Shown here one piece after another: positions 1 to 14,004 of a stretch of DNA of 64,000 nucleotides. The stretch comes from Eledone cirrhosa (lineage: Eukaryota). The stretch lies in NCBI GenBank assembly GCA_964016885.1, contig OZ024742.1:258354001-258418000 (forward strand). The letters run 5' to 3'. The stretch's first letter is position 1. Every line of letters begins with the position of its first letter. The translations under genes were made by a program, and so were the position numbers. Under the pieces are notes generated by a model. It was not told the DNA's origin, searched no databases, and saw only the letters and a list, made by a program, of their open reading frames with translations.

Positions 1-185
1 TGAAGTGGGTTAACAAGGGACCTGTTCAGGCCTTAAGTAAAACGGCTTGTTCGAAACATAATTTGCAGTCTCCATGTTGTCAAAACTGTCGATGGGGATT
101 AGACCTGCTTTGAGAGACGTGGGAGCATCGCGCATCACATTGGCTGCGTTCGCAGATACCACAAAAATGTTTTGGAAAGGAGGAA

Positions 186-345
186 ACCTTGACAATTGGA
201 ATCTGGAACATCACAATCCTTACATGCAGTGGAAACAAGTGGAGGAGGCTTTTTGATACTATAGTCGGTGTTTCCTATGCAAGGTTCCGTGGCTCTTGTA
301 CTCTAGATTTGGATGAAAGATGGAAACACCGCTGTGTAGGTGTGG
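186..345 (+). pseudogene. Degenerate RTE-type APE endonuclease N-terminus
   Basis: TIGIWNITIL...IVGVSYARFRGSCTL...KHRCVGVA resembles the RTE APE start (IGTWNVRTL...LGxSEVRWxGSG...HxxGVG). Confidence 0.45.
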
Positions 346-571
346 CACCAGAAATGACTGTACATGCGATCGTGCGAATATTCCCAATCCCCCCCCCCCC
401 GGCTGTCAGAATGTGTTATGGACTGGATACCATTAGGAGGGAGGATTTGCATCATGATGCTTACGCTGAAACTTATGTAGATGGTGTAACTAGGATTCCG
501 AATACATATCCTTCCTTGATGAAGACACTGAAATGTTAGATGAAGTTATGTGTATATAGATACTTACATCT

Positions 572-587
572 ACACACACACACACAT

Positions 588-674
<87 letters not shown>

Positions 675-765
675 CACACACACACACACACACACACAGA
701 CACACACATATACACACACACGCACACATACACACACTCACTTACATGTATACATACACTCACAC
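572..765. repeat. (CA)n microsatellite
   Basis: Direct reading. Confidence 0.95.
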
Positions 766-1070
766 ATTACCCTGCCCCGTCTCCGGATTTGACACTCTGT
801 TATTTCGTCCTTCCATCCGGATTCCTCAATCCACACACACACAATATATACACACCAATACACATACATGAACATAGACACGCACAGACATATACACCAT
901 TCCCCGCCACACACTACACACACAATATTACACACTAATACACTAATGCATAACATTCATATACACAGCAGTCACTCGTCTGTACTCACATTTAACAAAC
1001 GTTCACACACACTCGCTTCTATTCAGACACACATATTGACATCCACATATACAAGCACATTCACATCTAC

Positions 1071-1217
1071 ACATACACACATACCTTACCACCATGCCCA
1101 CCATCCACACATACACACATACCTTACCACCCATGCCCACCATCCACACATACACACATACCTTACCACCCATCCCCATCATCCACACACACCTTACCAC
1201 CCATGCCCACCATCCAC
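1071..1217. repeat. ~40-bp tandem repeat, about 4 copies, in a probable PLE 3' tail
   Basis: Unit ataccttaccacccatgcccaccatccacacatacacac repeated. Confidence 0.8.
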
Positions 1218-1363
1218 CCCGGACCTCTACCACTCTCTATATTTTTTTAAACTATTTTTATTTATATATATTTCTAATTTTATTGTTCTCTTTATATTGT
1301 GTTCTTTTCTATTTAACTTCCCCCATTAAAACCCTTCTTACTCCCGCCCCTTATTAGCACTAT

Positions 1364-1395
1364 CTTGATCAAGGACATATGTCCGAAACGTTGAA
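1364..1395 (+). ncRNA. Degenerate type I hammerhead motif (PLE terminal repeat)
   Basis: TTGATCA-A-GGAC(atat)GTCC-GAAACGTT; core deviates from CTGANGA. Confidence 0.45.
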
Positions 1396-1471
1396 ACCTG
1401 CTCCACTTCCACCAAGTCTGAAGCTAATATAACCGTGTACAATTGCGCCCCGTGGTTTGTTCGTTCATATC

Positions 1472-1520
<49 letters not shown>

Positions 1521-1525
<5 letters not shown>

Positions 1526-2110
1526 ATATGGGTGAGAAGAAAACTGCTGGTTGCACATAGATAACATGTTATAAAATGAGTCCCTCATCAGTGATTTACC
1601 AAACGATCATGGGTATTTCATCGCATTAAAAATCATAAACCTCACGTTGGAGCGATAATAACTAAAATAAGTTATTAGGACAATAGAAACGCGTAAAGCG
1701 AGTGAGACAAGTAAACAACACAGGGGGAAGCTAACCGAAGATGGAAATAAACACAAGCAACATAGTTATTCTTTCTGCATAAGCTGTGTGAATATATGAG
1801 CGAGTCAGAAAACAGACCTTTCGCTAGTGAATCCGGTGTTAGAAAGAATGAAAACCGTTTTCCCAGCGAACGGGAGGAAGAAAGAAGGGGAGAAACAGGG
1901 ACTGAGTGAGTGGGAGTGCGAGGAAGAGGTCAGTAGAGAGAAAGAGTTAACTGACATGGCAGAGGGGACGAAAGAAAGTAAGAGAAACAGAGAGAACGAG
2001 GGAGCAGTAAGAGAGAAAGAGAGAAACACAGAATTGCAGTTTGGGTAAATATATGAAAATATGGGTGAGAAGAAAACTGCTGGTTGCACATGGATAACAT
2101 GTTATAAAAT
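1521..2110. mobile_element. Non-coding repeat with ~57-bp direct terminal repeats, inserted in (TA)n; related inverted copy at ~30703-30900
   Basis: tgaaaatatgggtgagaag...aacatgttataaaat at 1521-1577 and ~2054-2110; (TA)n on both sides. Confidence 0.7.
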
Positions 2111-2170
2111 ATATATATATAGAAGTGGTTTTATAACATGTTATAAAATATATATATATAGAAGTGTTTA

Positions 2171-3358
<1,188 letters not shown>

Positions 3359-3577
3359 TACCAGTACCAGTGACCAGTTCGGAAAGTGTGCAACGAAAAT
3401 ATGAAGGAGAATAATGACTGTTTCCAGATGTGGCACAGGGCCAACAATTCCGGTGCGTTGGAAAACCGATTATATCGACTCTAGTTCTTTCCTGTTCTAA
3501 TGTTATCGACCTGGAAAGAATAAGTACTAAAATGGACCTCAATATGAACTCTTAACTTATAGAGCAATACCTAATAT

Positions 3578-3787
3578 AATAATGGTTTCTTATATAGGCC
3601 AAGGCCAGTCTTTTGGTTGGAGAGGAAAGTCGATTAAATCGACCCCAGTGTGTGACTGGTACTTTATTTTATCGACCCCGTAAGAATGAAAGGCAAAATT
3701 GGATTTTAACTCAGATCATAAAAGGCTGTAAAACTATGTTGCAAAGCATGGCATCCGACCCTCTACCAATACTGCCAATCCACCGCC
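3578..3787 (-). mobile_element. tRNA-derived SINE with Meta-type central domain
   Basis: Reverse complement of the GCCTTTCATCCTTACGGGGTCGATAAAATAAAGTACCAG-like domain; ATT tail. Confidence 0.8.
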
Positions 3788-3795
3788 GTGCAAAA

Positions 3796-3981
3796 TAATA
3801 ATGGTTTCTACTTTAGGCACAAGGCCAGCAATTACCCAGTGCATTACTGGTACTTTATTTTATCGACCCCGTAAGGATGGAAGGCAAAGTAAACCTCGGC
3901 GGGATTTGAACTCAGACCGTAAAATGACGTAACTATGCTAGAAAGCATGGCGTCCGATTCTCTACCGATACTGCCAATCCA
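3796..3981 (-). mobile_element. tRNA-derived Meta-type SINE
   Basis: Same family as 7813-8003; B box GAGTTCAAATC on minus strand. Confidence 0.85.
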
Positions 3982-4261
3982 AATAATGATAAATGAAACT
4001 GAAAGTCATTGTCCTTATATTCCAAATGTCTAAAATATCTTATTCTCGAACTCATTAGGAATAACATTAATCTATAACGCCTATGTTTTCATACTTGATT
4101 AAATAGAAGAAAATATATTTTGCATGTTTAACATTTCTACAGAAATCTTTACGTTTATTGTAACTGACCGCGTCAAATTCTATGTTTCATGTCGTAACAA
4201 CCATCAATCATTATATATGAAGGCCTACTTCAACTTATTCAGATTATAAGCTGGTGACATC

Positions 4262-4536
4262 TGGATTTGAAAGAAATATTTGCCAGCCTCCCACGGATAA
4301 CTGTCGTTGTACGTAAAAGGAGAATAAGATTTGCTGGCCACTGCCATCGTGCGACATTTGTGGCTGTGTCCCCATTAATGTTTTAGAAACCATAAGCAGT
4401 AACATGAGACATAATTCTCCTATCCCGATGTCATCTCCAGTTTTTCTGGTATTGAAATCCGAGACTTGGCAACAGCAATGAATGACAGACCCACGTGGAG
4501 ATCAATTGTTGAGTCGATTTAAGCTGAGGCCACCGG

Positions 4537-4538
<2 letters not shown>
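4262..4538 (+). mobile_element. RTE LINE 3' end fragment
   Basis: LPRITVVVRKRRIRFAGHCHR...SYPDVIS...LATAMNDRPTWRSIV, typical RTE C-terminus; ends in (TA)n. Confidence 0.75.
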
Positions 4539-4583
<45 letters not shown>

Positions 4584-4908
4584 GTTGAGACAGTAAACAG
4601 AAAACAAAAAAAACAACGTGGAGGCGAAGACGCACTACAAATGTTAACATTATTTTCCCGCTTACATATATACATACAGATTTCTCTGACTCTACACAAA
4701 GGCATATTTATGCAACATGTTGAAATGCCATATCATAATAACAGTCATCTTTTCTGATGATTTCCTTCGAAGGAAATAGTTCTAGTCCTGTAGAAGCCAT
4801 TTCTATATTAAACATTTATACTCTGGTATATGTTCAGTACCTAACCTATCGTGTTCACACCCGATTGAACCCGGGAGACACACACACACACACGCACATA
4901 CTCAAACA

Positions 4909-4991
<83 letters not shown>

Positions 4992-5096
4992 ACACACACA
5001 TATGTATATATATAATCATCAGAGATTTAAAAAATATAATCGGCGTTGCAGATATCATCACAGCCTGTCTATCTCTAGCTCTCTTCCTTTAATTCT

Positions 5097-5574
5097 TTAT
5101 TTACTCCTCCCTATCCCTCTACATGTGTCACAAACAATCGCACACATTCTTATCATCGCCCCTCCTGCAGAACAGACGTTCTACAAAAACATACAACATA
5201 TTTGATATATGATTTCCTAAATGTTCATCCCATTGACTTATGTTTGTTGATTGCACGACTATAACATCAATAGAACGCAATTTATTTCATTACAACTGAG
5301 CGGCAAATTACTAAATACTGGGTCTTACGTGACCGTTTGCATTGTTTTTTTTTTGCCGGTTGTCATCGAGATTTGTGGTGTCCTCCTCGATCCCCAGCCT
5401 GATGTTTCCCTCTGCAAAATTTATTTGAGGAAGTAACCACGTCGGTAGATGAGCCGATGCACTGAATACTGCTGTCTGTCTTCCATTGGATTTCTTTCGC
5501 CAAATAATACGCGCGAGGCAACCTCCCAGCCAAAAGTGTAGGGAAAAAGTGTAGCCAAAAGTCCATCTCCTCAT
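5097..5574 (-). CDS. Weak candidate two-exon small Cys-rich protein (exons 5574-5329 and 5180-5097)
   Basis: ATG at 5574, GTAAGA donor at 5328, AT-rich 148-nt intron, TTTTTGTAG acceptor at 5181; second exon NVCSAGGAMIRMCAIVCDTC...; other frames are also open. Confidence 0.25.
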
Positions 5575-6361
5575 TATATTTATTTTCTTTCCTCCTTTAT
5601 TTTTATTTGTTTATCTTTGTTCGTATTGGGAAATATATACATCTGAATTGTTATTTTTTTTTTTTTTTCAATCATAAATTGACGTTACTAAATTAATCTT
5701 AAAACCAAAATACTCACATGTTGTGCGCAGCATTAGCAATATATTCTTGATATACTCTAGTATTTCATATTCAAAATATCCTTATACGTCTGTATATATA
5801 TCGTATTGTTGTAACATATAATGCAATATTGAACAGTTTAGATAAGTTATTATAAACTTATTTATTTTTACTACATTTAAATATAAATATTTAGAAATAT
5901 CTTGGAAATCTGTGTGTGAGTAAATAGCTGTTACTAAGTTTTATAGAGCAGTAAATTAGTGAGGAAAATGGCTTTCCTTTGATGTTTCCGCGTGATATTT
6001 AATAGAAATATGAAATTAAAATATGTTCTGAATATTTTCCAATACTCTGTATATTTTTTCATCCAGGAAATATCGATTCTATAATACAAGAAGGATTTTA
6101 AAAAGAAATATTTTGCTTTGTTTAATTTTACGATAAATATTTATTTATATTTCTTCATAAGGATATGCAAATATTTATCTCTATATAAGTGTGTCTGGCA
6201 TGATTGTGTATTCAACTGCTTCTACTTTATTTTAGAGCGTTGAGAAGGCTTAATCTTATAAAACTGCAATACATAATCGTATCCCTTCATGGTCATTGCA
6301 GAATCAATAAGAAATCGAAAATTGTAGCACATGATAATTTCCATATTTCTTATTATTAACT

Positions 6362-6553
6362 ATAATAATTGTTTCTACGTTTGGCACAAGGCCAGCAAAT
6401 GCCCAGTGCATTACTGGTACTTTATTTTATCAACCCCGTAAGGATGAAATGCAAAGTTAACCTCGGCAGGATTTGAACTCAGAATGGCAAGGGCCGTAAC
6501 TCTATACTTCAAAGCATGGCGTCCGACCCTCTACCGATACTACCAATCCACCA
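6362..6553 (-). mobile_element. tRNA-derived Meta-type SINE
   Basis: Reverse complement of the 7813-8003 family. Confidence 0.85.
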
Positions 6554-6865
6554 ATGTAATGAAGGTAGCGAAAATGTAGAGACGTTAGTTCCTCGAATAC
6601 AATGATGTGTGGCGCTTGTTTCAGCCTTCTGTGCAATGAGTTCAATACCCGACGAGGTCATGTTTGAATTTCATTTCATTTATCTCAAACTCAGTATCTC
6701 CGTTTTCCTTCGAAGAAATCTGCACCGGTCATACCTACAAATACTTGGGACCTGATAGGTGTATATGCAAAAGACGGAATACCTGTGAATCCTAGGATGG
6801 AACCACTAGTATCAGAATGTTTCCATATATGATAATATATGTGGAAATTTTATTATTTTAACATT

Positions 6866-7150
6866 GAGGGATGCGCGTGGCGTAGCGATTACAGTGTATG
6901 GTTCTGGATCGTACTGTCGTGGGTTCGGTTCCCGGCTGCGCGGTGTGTCCTTAAAAAAATATTTTACTTCATCTTATTCCAGTTCATTCGGCTTACAAGA
7001 ATAGGTGGTACAACCTTTTCACGCACTACGTCACGTATAATCACCCAGAGTACTGAGGTAAGCGTACATATGTGTGTGGCATACTCAAACGCTAGGAATT
7101 CCAAGGTAATCTCCCGAACATTCCTGCCGTTGATCAAACAGTCATTGGAA
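6866..7150 (+). mobile_element. Second tRNA-derived SINE family, degenerate
   Basis: A box TGGCGTAGCG, B box GGTTCGGTTCC, followed by tgtgtcctt domain; related to 56107-56353. Confidence 0.6.
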
Positions 7151-7812
7151 CGGAAGAAAATACAACAATATAAATGTATTTCTCACCTATATGGAGTTAT
7201 TAGCACTATAATATTATTTGCAGTTTGGTTTCAGAATATAGACATTTTAGCGTTTTGCATGCACCGATTTGATTGAAACATGAGACCTATTCTAGAAGAC
7301 ATAAAGACCAATCATCCTGTTTTGCCGTGTTTATCTATGGACTCGTAGGTAGACTGAGATGGAGACAGACACACACATGGAGTGAGGTGAACGAGATGAT
7401 TTACCGTATTTGTTACGGATTTTCAAATCCCATGATAGGATGTTTGAGCAGTATATAATGCAGGGGACTTAACCCATGGTGGAATCGTAGGAGTGCTATC
7501 CTGACACACGGAGTGAATTGGAAATTAAAACCTGGTGGAGGCCTTCTTTATCATGGTCGAAAGAACAGGAGAATGAAAATACAAAATGTGAAAGCCTAAC
7601 ATCCATGCTTGATTTATCGAGCTTGAAAGGATGAAAGGTAAAGTTTACCCAACTGGATTTAATAATTTGGTAAAGTGCACGGAAACAAATATCGAGACAT
7701 TTAAACTAAGATCTAATAATTCAGCAATTCGCCAACTATCTCTGAAATTTGATAGAGTCTACATGTTTACCGACTGAATATTCAACATTATTTGATAGTT
7801 AACTATTATAGG

Positions 7813-8003
7813 GTGGTGGATTGGCAGTATCGGTAGAGAGTCGGACGCCATGCTTTGACGCATAGAGTTACGGCCCTTGCCATTCTGAGTTCAAATCCCG
7901 CCATGGTTAACTTTGCCTTTCAGCCTTACGGGGTCGATAAAATAAAGTACCAGTAATGTACTGGGTAATTGCTGGCCTTGTGCCAAAAGTAGAAACAATT
8001 ATT
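7813..8003 (+). mobile_element. tRNA-derived Meta-type SINE with 18-bp TSD
   Basis: TGGCAGTATCGG A box, GAGTTCAAATC B box; TSD ATTATTTGATAGTTAACT at 7787-7804 and 7998-8015. Confidence 0.9.
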
Positions 8004-10761
8004 TGATAGTTAACTCTGCTTTAATGGTTTTCTTATGGAAGGGTCCAACAATGTATTTTTCTTCTATAAATAGGGGGAAATAAAAGGAAATAATCGAATC
8101 TTAGCTATTTGCTTCATTAGAATTCTTAGTCTAAGGCAAACATTTTCTGTATATTGATATCTTTATATATCCTACCAGGGAAAATTAAAAGGTGTTAGTT
8201 ATCTGAACCTTATAATTAGCAATAGACTTAAGTGGAGTTAATCCATTCAAATTTTGTAAAAAAAAGATAATAATAAATAAAAAAAAAACAGAAAGGGATA
8301 AACGAATATTTCTTATTCATCTTAAACGTGGAAGGCGTATTAGCCTTAAATCGATGTTTAAGTGAGTGGGATATGATTTCAGGAACAGAAATTATAGAGG
8401 AAGAAATAGAATATATGGATCCATTCAGCTTTATAAAGTTATATTTACTTTCTAATAATATGCAACACATTCCGGGTAAAATGAACCTAAGAAAAAAATG
8501 CAGGTGTAAGGAAACCAATACGGAGCATTTCATCAAAGATTTTAATCTGTAATCAAAAATGATTTTCTAGTCTTTGAAGATAGGAATCGATCATTGATTC
8601 CTCACCTATCACAAAAATCGACGGGCTTTAGATTAATGATATAGAAGACACCCAATATAGCACTGGTTTGATATATTTCACGAATCAATAGACAGCACTA
8701 ATATTCTAATGGACTCAAAGTGAAGCATGGCAACTACCAATTTCATTGCAGGTTTCTCCGATGATAGCATTCGATAAAATTAAAGCAGATAAAAATAAAA
8801 GTAGTAGATTAAAAATGATTAACCATGCTATACATGACACTTACCTCATTCCCATCTATATTGAACGTGGCGGTTTGTTAAAGTAATATATTTTACTATA
8901 GATCAACTTGTTTAATGAAAAATGAACCCAAAGAAGAATGCCAATAAGGGAGAGAGTGAGAAATAGAACATTGGCGTATGTGTTTTTGTGTGTTTGAGGA
9001 TGTGTGCATGTGCATACATTAGTACTTTCGTTTATGTTTATGAAAATATATGCTGGTAATATACTTCATTGTATGTGTGTATATATACCTGTGTGTTTAT
9101 CTGTATGTCATTGTGTCGATCAGAGCAAACGCCTGTGTTTTGTTTTTATGTGAGTGTGCGCAAGTCATTGTATGTGTCTAGGCTGTGTGTACGTTTGCTT
9201 TTAAAGATGTATGTCTGTATGTGTCCAAATACCAGTGTCTGTATGTATGTGTAAGATATTACATATCTTTCTGAAGCATACATCTTTCAAACATTATAGT
9301 TGGTGTCTTTAAATTGAACTAATACATTTTTTGTCGAAAGAAATATATTACGAATCGTGTAAATTTTTGTTTGATTTGTATTTTGTCTCTTGCATTTTAC
9401 TCCAAACCTTTAATACTGTAAACATTCAGAAATGCTAAATTAAAAATATTTACAGGAATAGAAAATAAAATTCAATTTAAATATATAACCTAAATAAAAC
9501 AAAATAACAATCCAGGAACATAGTTAAAAAAACGAAACTAAATTACTTCAGTTTATTTACAGGAAAATAAGAGAACCATAGCAGAAATAAATTTGAAAAT
9601 TAAAACATTTGGATTTGAAAGAGAAAAGAACTTTGCTGATCCATAGCAATATTTATATCCCCCAAATGAGTAATTTCCAAATATAGTCAAGTCGGTTGAA
9701 ATATTTAGATATATAAATAGCAGCTATAATATATAAATGTTGGTTTAGAAGAGGCATTAATGAGTTTAGTAATACAAAGTTGATTTATACTCTGCTTGGC
9801 ACGTACACATGCACATTTGATTAAATTAATATGTATGTATATGTATGTATAAAGAGTGAAAGGCTTTCTGCAGCACTATCAAAACGGCAATATAGCTAGT
9901 TTAATATAAACATATTTTACACACATATATAGACACACACAAGCCACCACATATATTCATACGTATGTATGTAAGTATATATAAGTACATGTATCTCTTT
10001 CTCTCACTTTCTATCTATGTATACATATATATAAATGTGTGTGTATGTGTGTGTGTGTATTCATATAAATATACGTAGAGAGGGAGAGAGAGAGAGTGAG
10101 AGAAAGAGGTACATGATGACGTGTGTGTATATACGTGTGTAAAGTATGTCTATGCAACTATTGAACTACCTATGCTGCAGTTTTGATACTACAGAAAGCT
10201 TTTCAATGTTTATGATGAATAAAGACGTGTCATTTGGAATTCCATTATATATATTTTGTTTTCGGATCCAAATAATGTTTGTTATACTTAATATATTCTC
10301 TTTTATAAACCCACATATAATGGCCGAGTTCTTACGCTGTTCTGTCTACAGTGATGTACACACATGCTATTAAGTATAGTACATGTTTCATGTAGATATT
10401 ACTTCCACGGATCACAGGGTTATGCGATATCTGATTAGATACACAGTTTGTATAGCAATTAGAGAGCTCTCCAATGGAATTTTACTAATATCATTGCATT
10501 TAAATCTTTCAAAATTTAACAGGTTAAACAATAATTATTGGAGGATAGGGTGCGTTGTTTTCTCTTTAGAAATATGGTAGTGACTTCGGAGAATCAGATT
10601 GGTGAGGCTGTGTAAATGTGTGCCGCTGTCTGTGCGACTGTACACTTACATTGAACGTATATAATTAAAAATAGATTTTGTTTGTATATTGAAATATCTG
10701 CTGATTCATACACACGGAACAATTACGGTGAACGTTTTGATAATCTCATTCAATTAAACAG

Positions 10762-10811
<50 letters not shown>

Positions 10812-11110
10812 CAACTCGATAGACATGGACACACGCAACACATACACATACGCAACACTCATACACACACATATATATATATTTATTTATTTATTTATTT
10901 TTCTATACTTAAAGTAGATTCCATTCGTTCCCATGTTTGTTCCCTATGTGATAGAAGTCGAATTGCTTCATAATAGTATTTAATACATTAGCCTAAGTAT
11001 ATTGTCTAACGTTCCATGAATTTCAACTTTAATGTTTACTCACTATATTTATCATTTAAAACATGTCAGTATTTAAACTGATATATATTTTTTTCTTCCC
11101 AATTCTCTCT

Positions 11111-11221
<111 letters not shown>

Positions 11222-11397
11222 ATTTTACGTCTGTAAGTATAGATTTAATATTTAAAATTCTCTAGATCGATACAGACGGACTATATGTACTTGAATTAAG
11301 GTATTTCTATCTGGCTAAAAAATTATTGTCATTTTGCAAAAAAAAAAAAACACAGTAGTGTTGATCATATATTTTTCAATTTTTAATTTCTAAATTG

Positions 11398-11445
<48 letters not shown>

Positions 11446-11553
11446 TTTCTACCGATTGACGAAGAAAAGAATTGAATAGATTTTTTCTGACTGTTCTTCA
11501 AATTTATAATTTTGGGTATATGTATATATATATATATATATACATATATATTT

Positions 11554-13995
11554 ATTGGTTCAACAGCATTTGCAACAAGGAACATTGCCGTTTTATCCAA
11601 ACTGGCAATATATATCAAGTGGAGCGCAGTACTTACCATCGAGTGCTACATAATGCTGTAACTAAGGATTACCGTAAAACTAATCGGAGCGTCATTAATA
11701 AAATCAACGATGCTGGGTTTAAAATCACCTCTGATCACAACATACCTGGACCGGACTAAACCTCTGGACCCTATTTCTCCCCGCTTTACCCTTAAGGATC
11801 ACAAATCCAATTTTCCGAACAACCCTTATATTCGGCTTACTAACCCTACGAAGTCCGATTTAGGTAGACTCAGTAAAAGGATTCTTGATACAATTATACC
11901 TGAAATTAGAAGCTTGGCCTCTCTTGCACCGTGGAACAATTCTTTCGCGGTGATTGATTGGTTCAACAGCATATGCAACAAGGAACATTGCTGTTTTATC
12001 CAATTCGACATCAATAATTACTACTCCTCCATCACTTCACCACTTCTCCTTACAGCTATCAATTTCGCTAAAACACTCACAGTGGTTAAGGATTTCGAAG
12101 TTGATGTCATCCTCAATGCCCGTAAGTCGGTGATTAATTTCGACGATTCTATTTGGGTTAAAAAATCCAATAATACCCCCATTCGACGTGAGTATGGGCG
12201 CCAGCGATTCTGCGGAGGTTACTGATCTTATCGGCCTTTTCCTCCTTTTCTCTATCAAGGAAGAATTTCCCAACATGGGCGGTGGTTTGTACCGTGATGA
12301 TGGTATTTTGCCTATAACTAAGTGCGACCCACGTGCTTGCCACAGGTTCAAATAAGAACTCACAGCCTTCGTTAAGGCTTCAACCTCTCCATACAGGTTG
12401 AGGCCAACCTCTCGGTCGTTAATTACCTCGACATTACCCTCAATTTATCGAATGGCTTGCATTACCCGTATAGAAAGCCGAATGATACGCTTAATTACAT
12501 AAGTAAGGTCTAACCATCCTGCCAGCATAACCAAGAACCTGGTAAGATACGTTTCTTTGAGGCTTTCCCGTCTATCTACTAACGAGCATATTTTCAACGA
12601 CCATTCCACATATTACAATGAAGCTCTTGCTCGGAGTGGATTTGTCGATAAGGTAGCTTATACAGAGTATGAGAACAGACCTAGAAGAAATAGATCCTGA
12701 CGCATTATATGGTATAACCCACCATATAATATGGAGGTGGCCGCACCATTAGCTAAGATCTTTCTCTCCCTTATTATGAAACATTTTCCCCTTACACATA
12801 AAGATAGTAAATTTTTTAATAGAAATACTATTAAAATGTCTTACTCTACGACTCCTGACCTTGCACATAACAGCACAGCTTCAAATTTAGTTAAACTACC
12901 TAGCCGTAGAAACATGTGCAAATCTGTAGTTAGTACTAACTGTAATTGTAGGAATCGGGTTGACTGCTCCCTATCCAGGAAATGCCTCTCTAGTAACTTT
13001 GTCTACAAATGTAAGGTTTAAACACCCACGTTTCGTAGGGCCTACATAGGGTTAACCGCCAATAGATTCAAGCAGCGTCTTTACATGCATAACCATGCTT
13101 TTCATAACCCTTTAAGAAGGAATATGACGTCACTTTCAGCTTATATCTGTTGTCTAAAAGACAACCACACCCAATATAAATTACACTGGGAGATCCTAGC
13201 TAAGGCTAGATCGTATAACGGAAATAAAAGACCCTGTGACCTCTGCGTCGCTGAGGTCCTGGAAATACTCTACGCCAAAGAACACATCATAAACAAAAGA
13301 TTTGAGGCAATTTCAGCTTGTAAACATAAATTGCACAAAACTTTCCTGTATTACAGCCCCACATTATACCCTAACGGATAGTAAGAACTATACGCGGATA
13401 TTTTGCGTCTTGATGTGGTAGCTAAGTATATGTTATGTTTATACAATTACTTATGTGTATAGGTAAGTATATATTACCTGTATGTTTTGTGAAGGTACGT
13501 ATACTTTCTCGTACGTATATTTGATTGTATATGTTATGGCGTATATATTATATATTCTGGTACATATGCTTTTGGTTATGTGTATACGTGAGTTTTGCGT
13601 CTGTGTGAGTATGCGGGTTTGTACGTATGTAGGTTGTTTGTATATGTTTACTTTTTGTTTTGGTTGACCTACGTCTCCGAACTTATGTGTATTTACATGT
13701 AGGTATGTCTGTGCGCTTGTTATATACGTATTTATTTATTTATATACGTTTATTTAATTATATGTATACACGCACACACACACACATATATATATATATT
13801 TTTTTTTTAAAATATATATTTTATGTGTATTTGGTGTATACATTCGTATGCGTGCGGGTACAGGCGTTGCGTGGGTTCTGTATGTGCGTGCGTTTTTTTT
13901 TTGTTGTTGTGTACGTGCGTGTATTTGTATACCTATGGCGAGTGTTTTCGCGTATGCTTGTGTATGTACGTATATGGGTGCGTGTATGCATTTAT
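11554..13995 (+). mobile_element. Penelope-like element (Naiad-like), RT + GIY-YIG, frameshifted
   Basis: FTLKDHK..IRL.NP.KS.LG, FIQFDI..YYSSI, MGASDSAEV, GLYRDDG, VNYLDI, WYNPPY, CNCRNRVDC..KCLSSNFVYKC, YIG, CDLC..CKH. Confidence 0.9.
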
Positions 13996-14004
13996 TTCGC
14001 TCCA

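Noticed and set aside
490-956. Long His/Thr- or Cys/Val-rich ORFs, and similar YI, RE, YVCM ORFs elsewhere
   Set aside because: Translations of (CA)n, (TA)n, (GA)n and (CATA)n microsatellites
8328-8552. Host exon
   Set aside because: KCRCKETNTEHF looks like a decayed LINE zinc finger; no clear splice signals
12930-13330. Selenocysteine-encoding Naiad
   Set aside because: The conserved Cys codons inspected are TGT/TGC; no in-frame TGA at those positions
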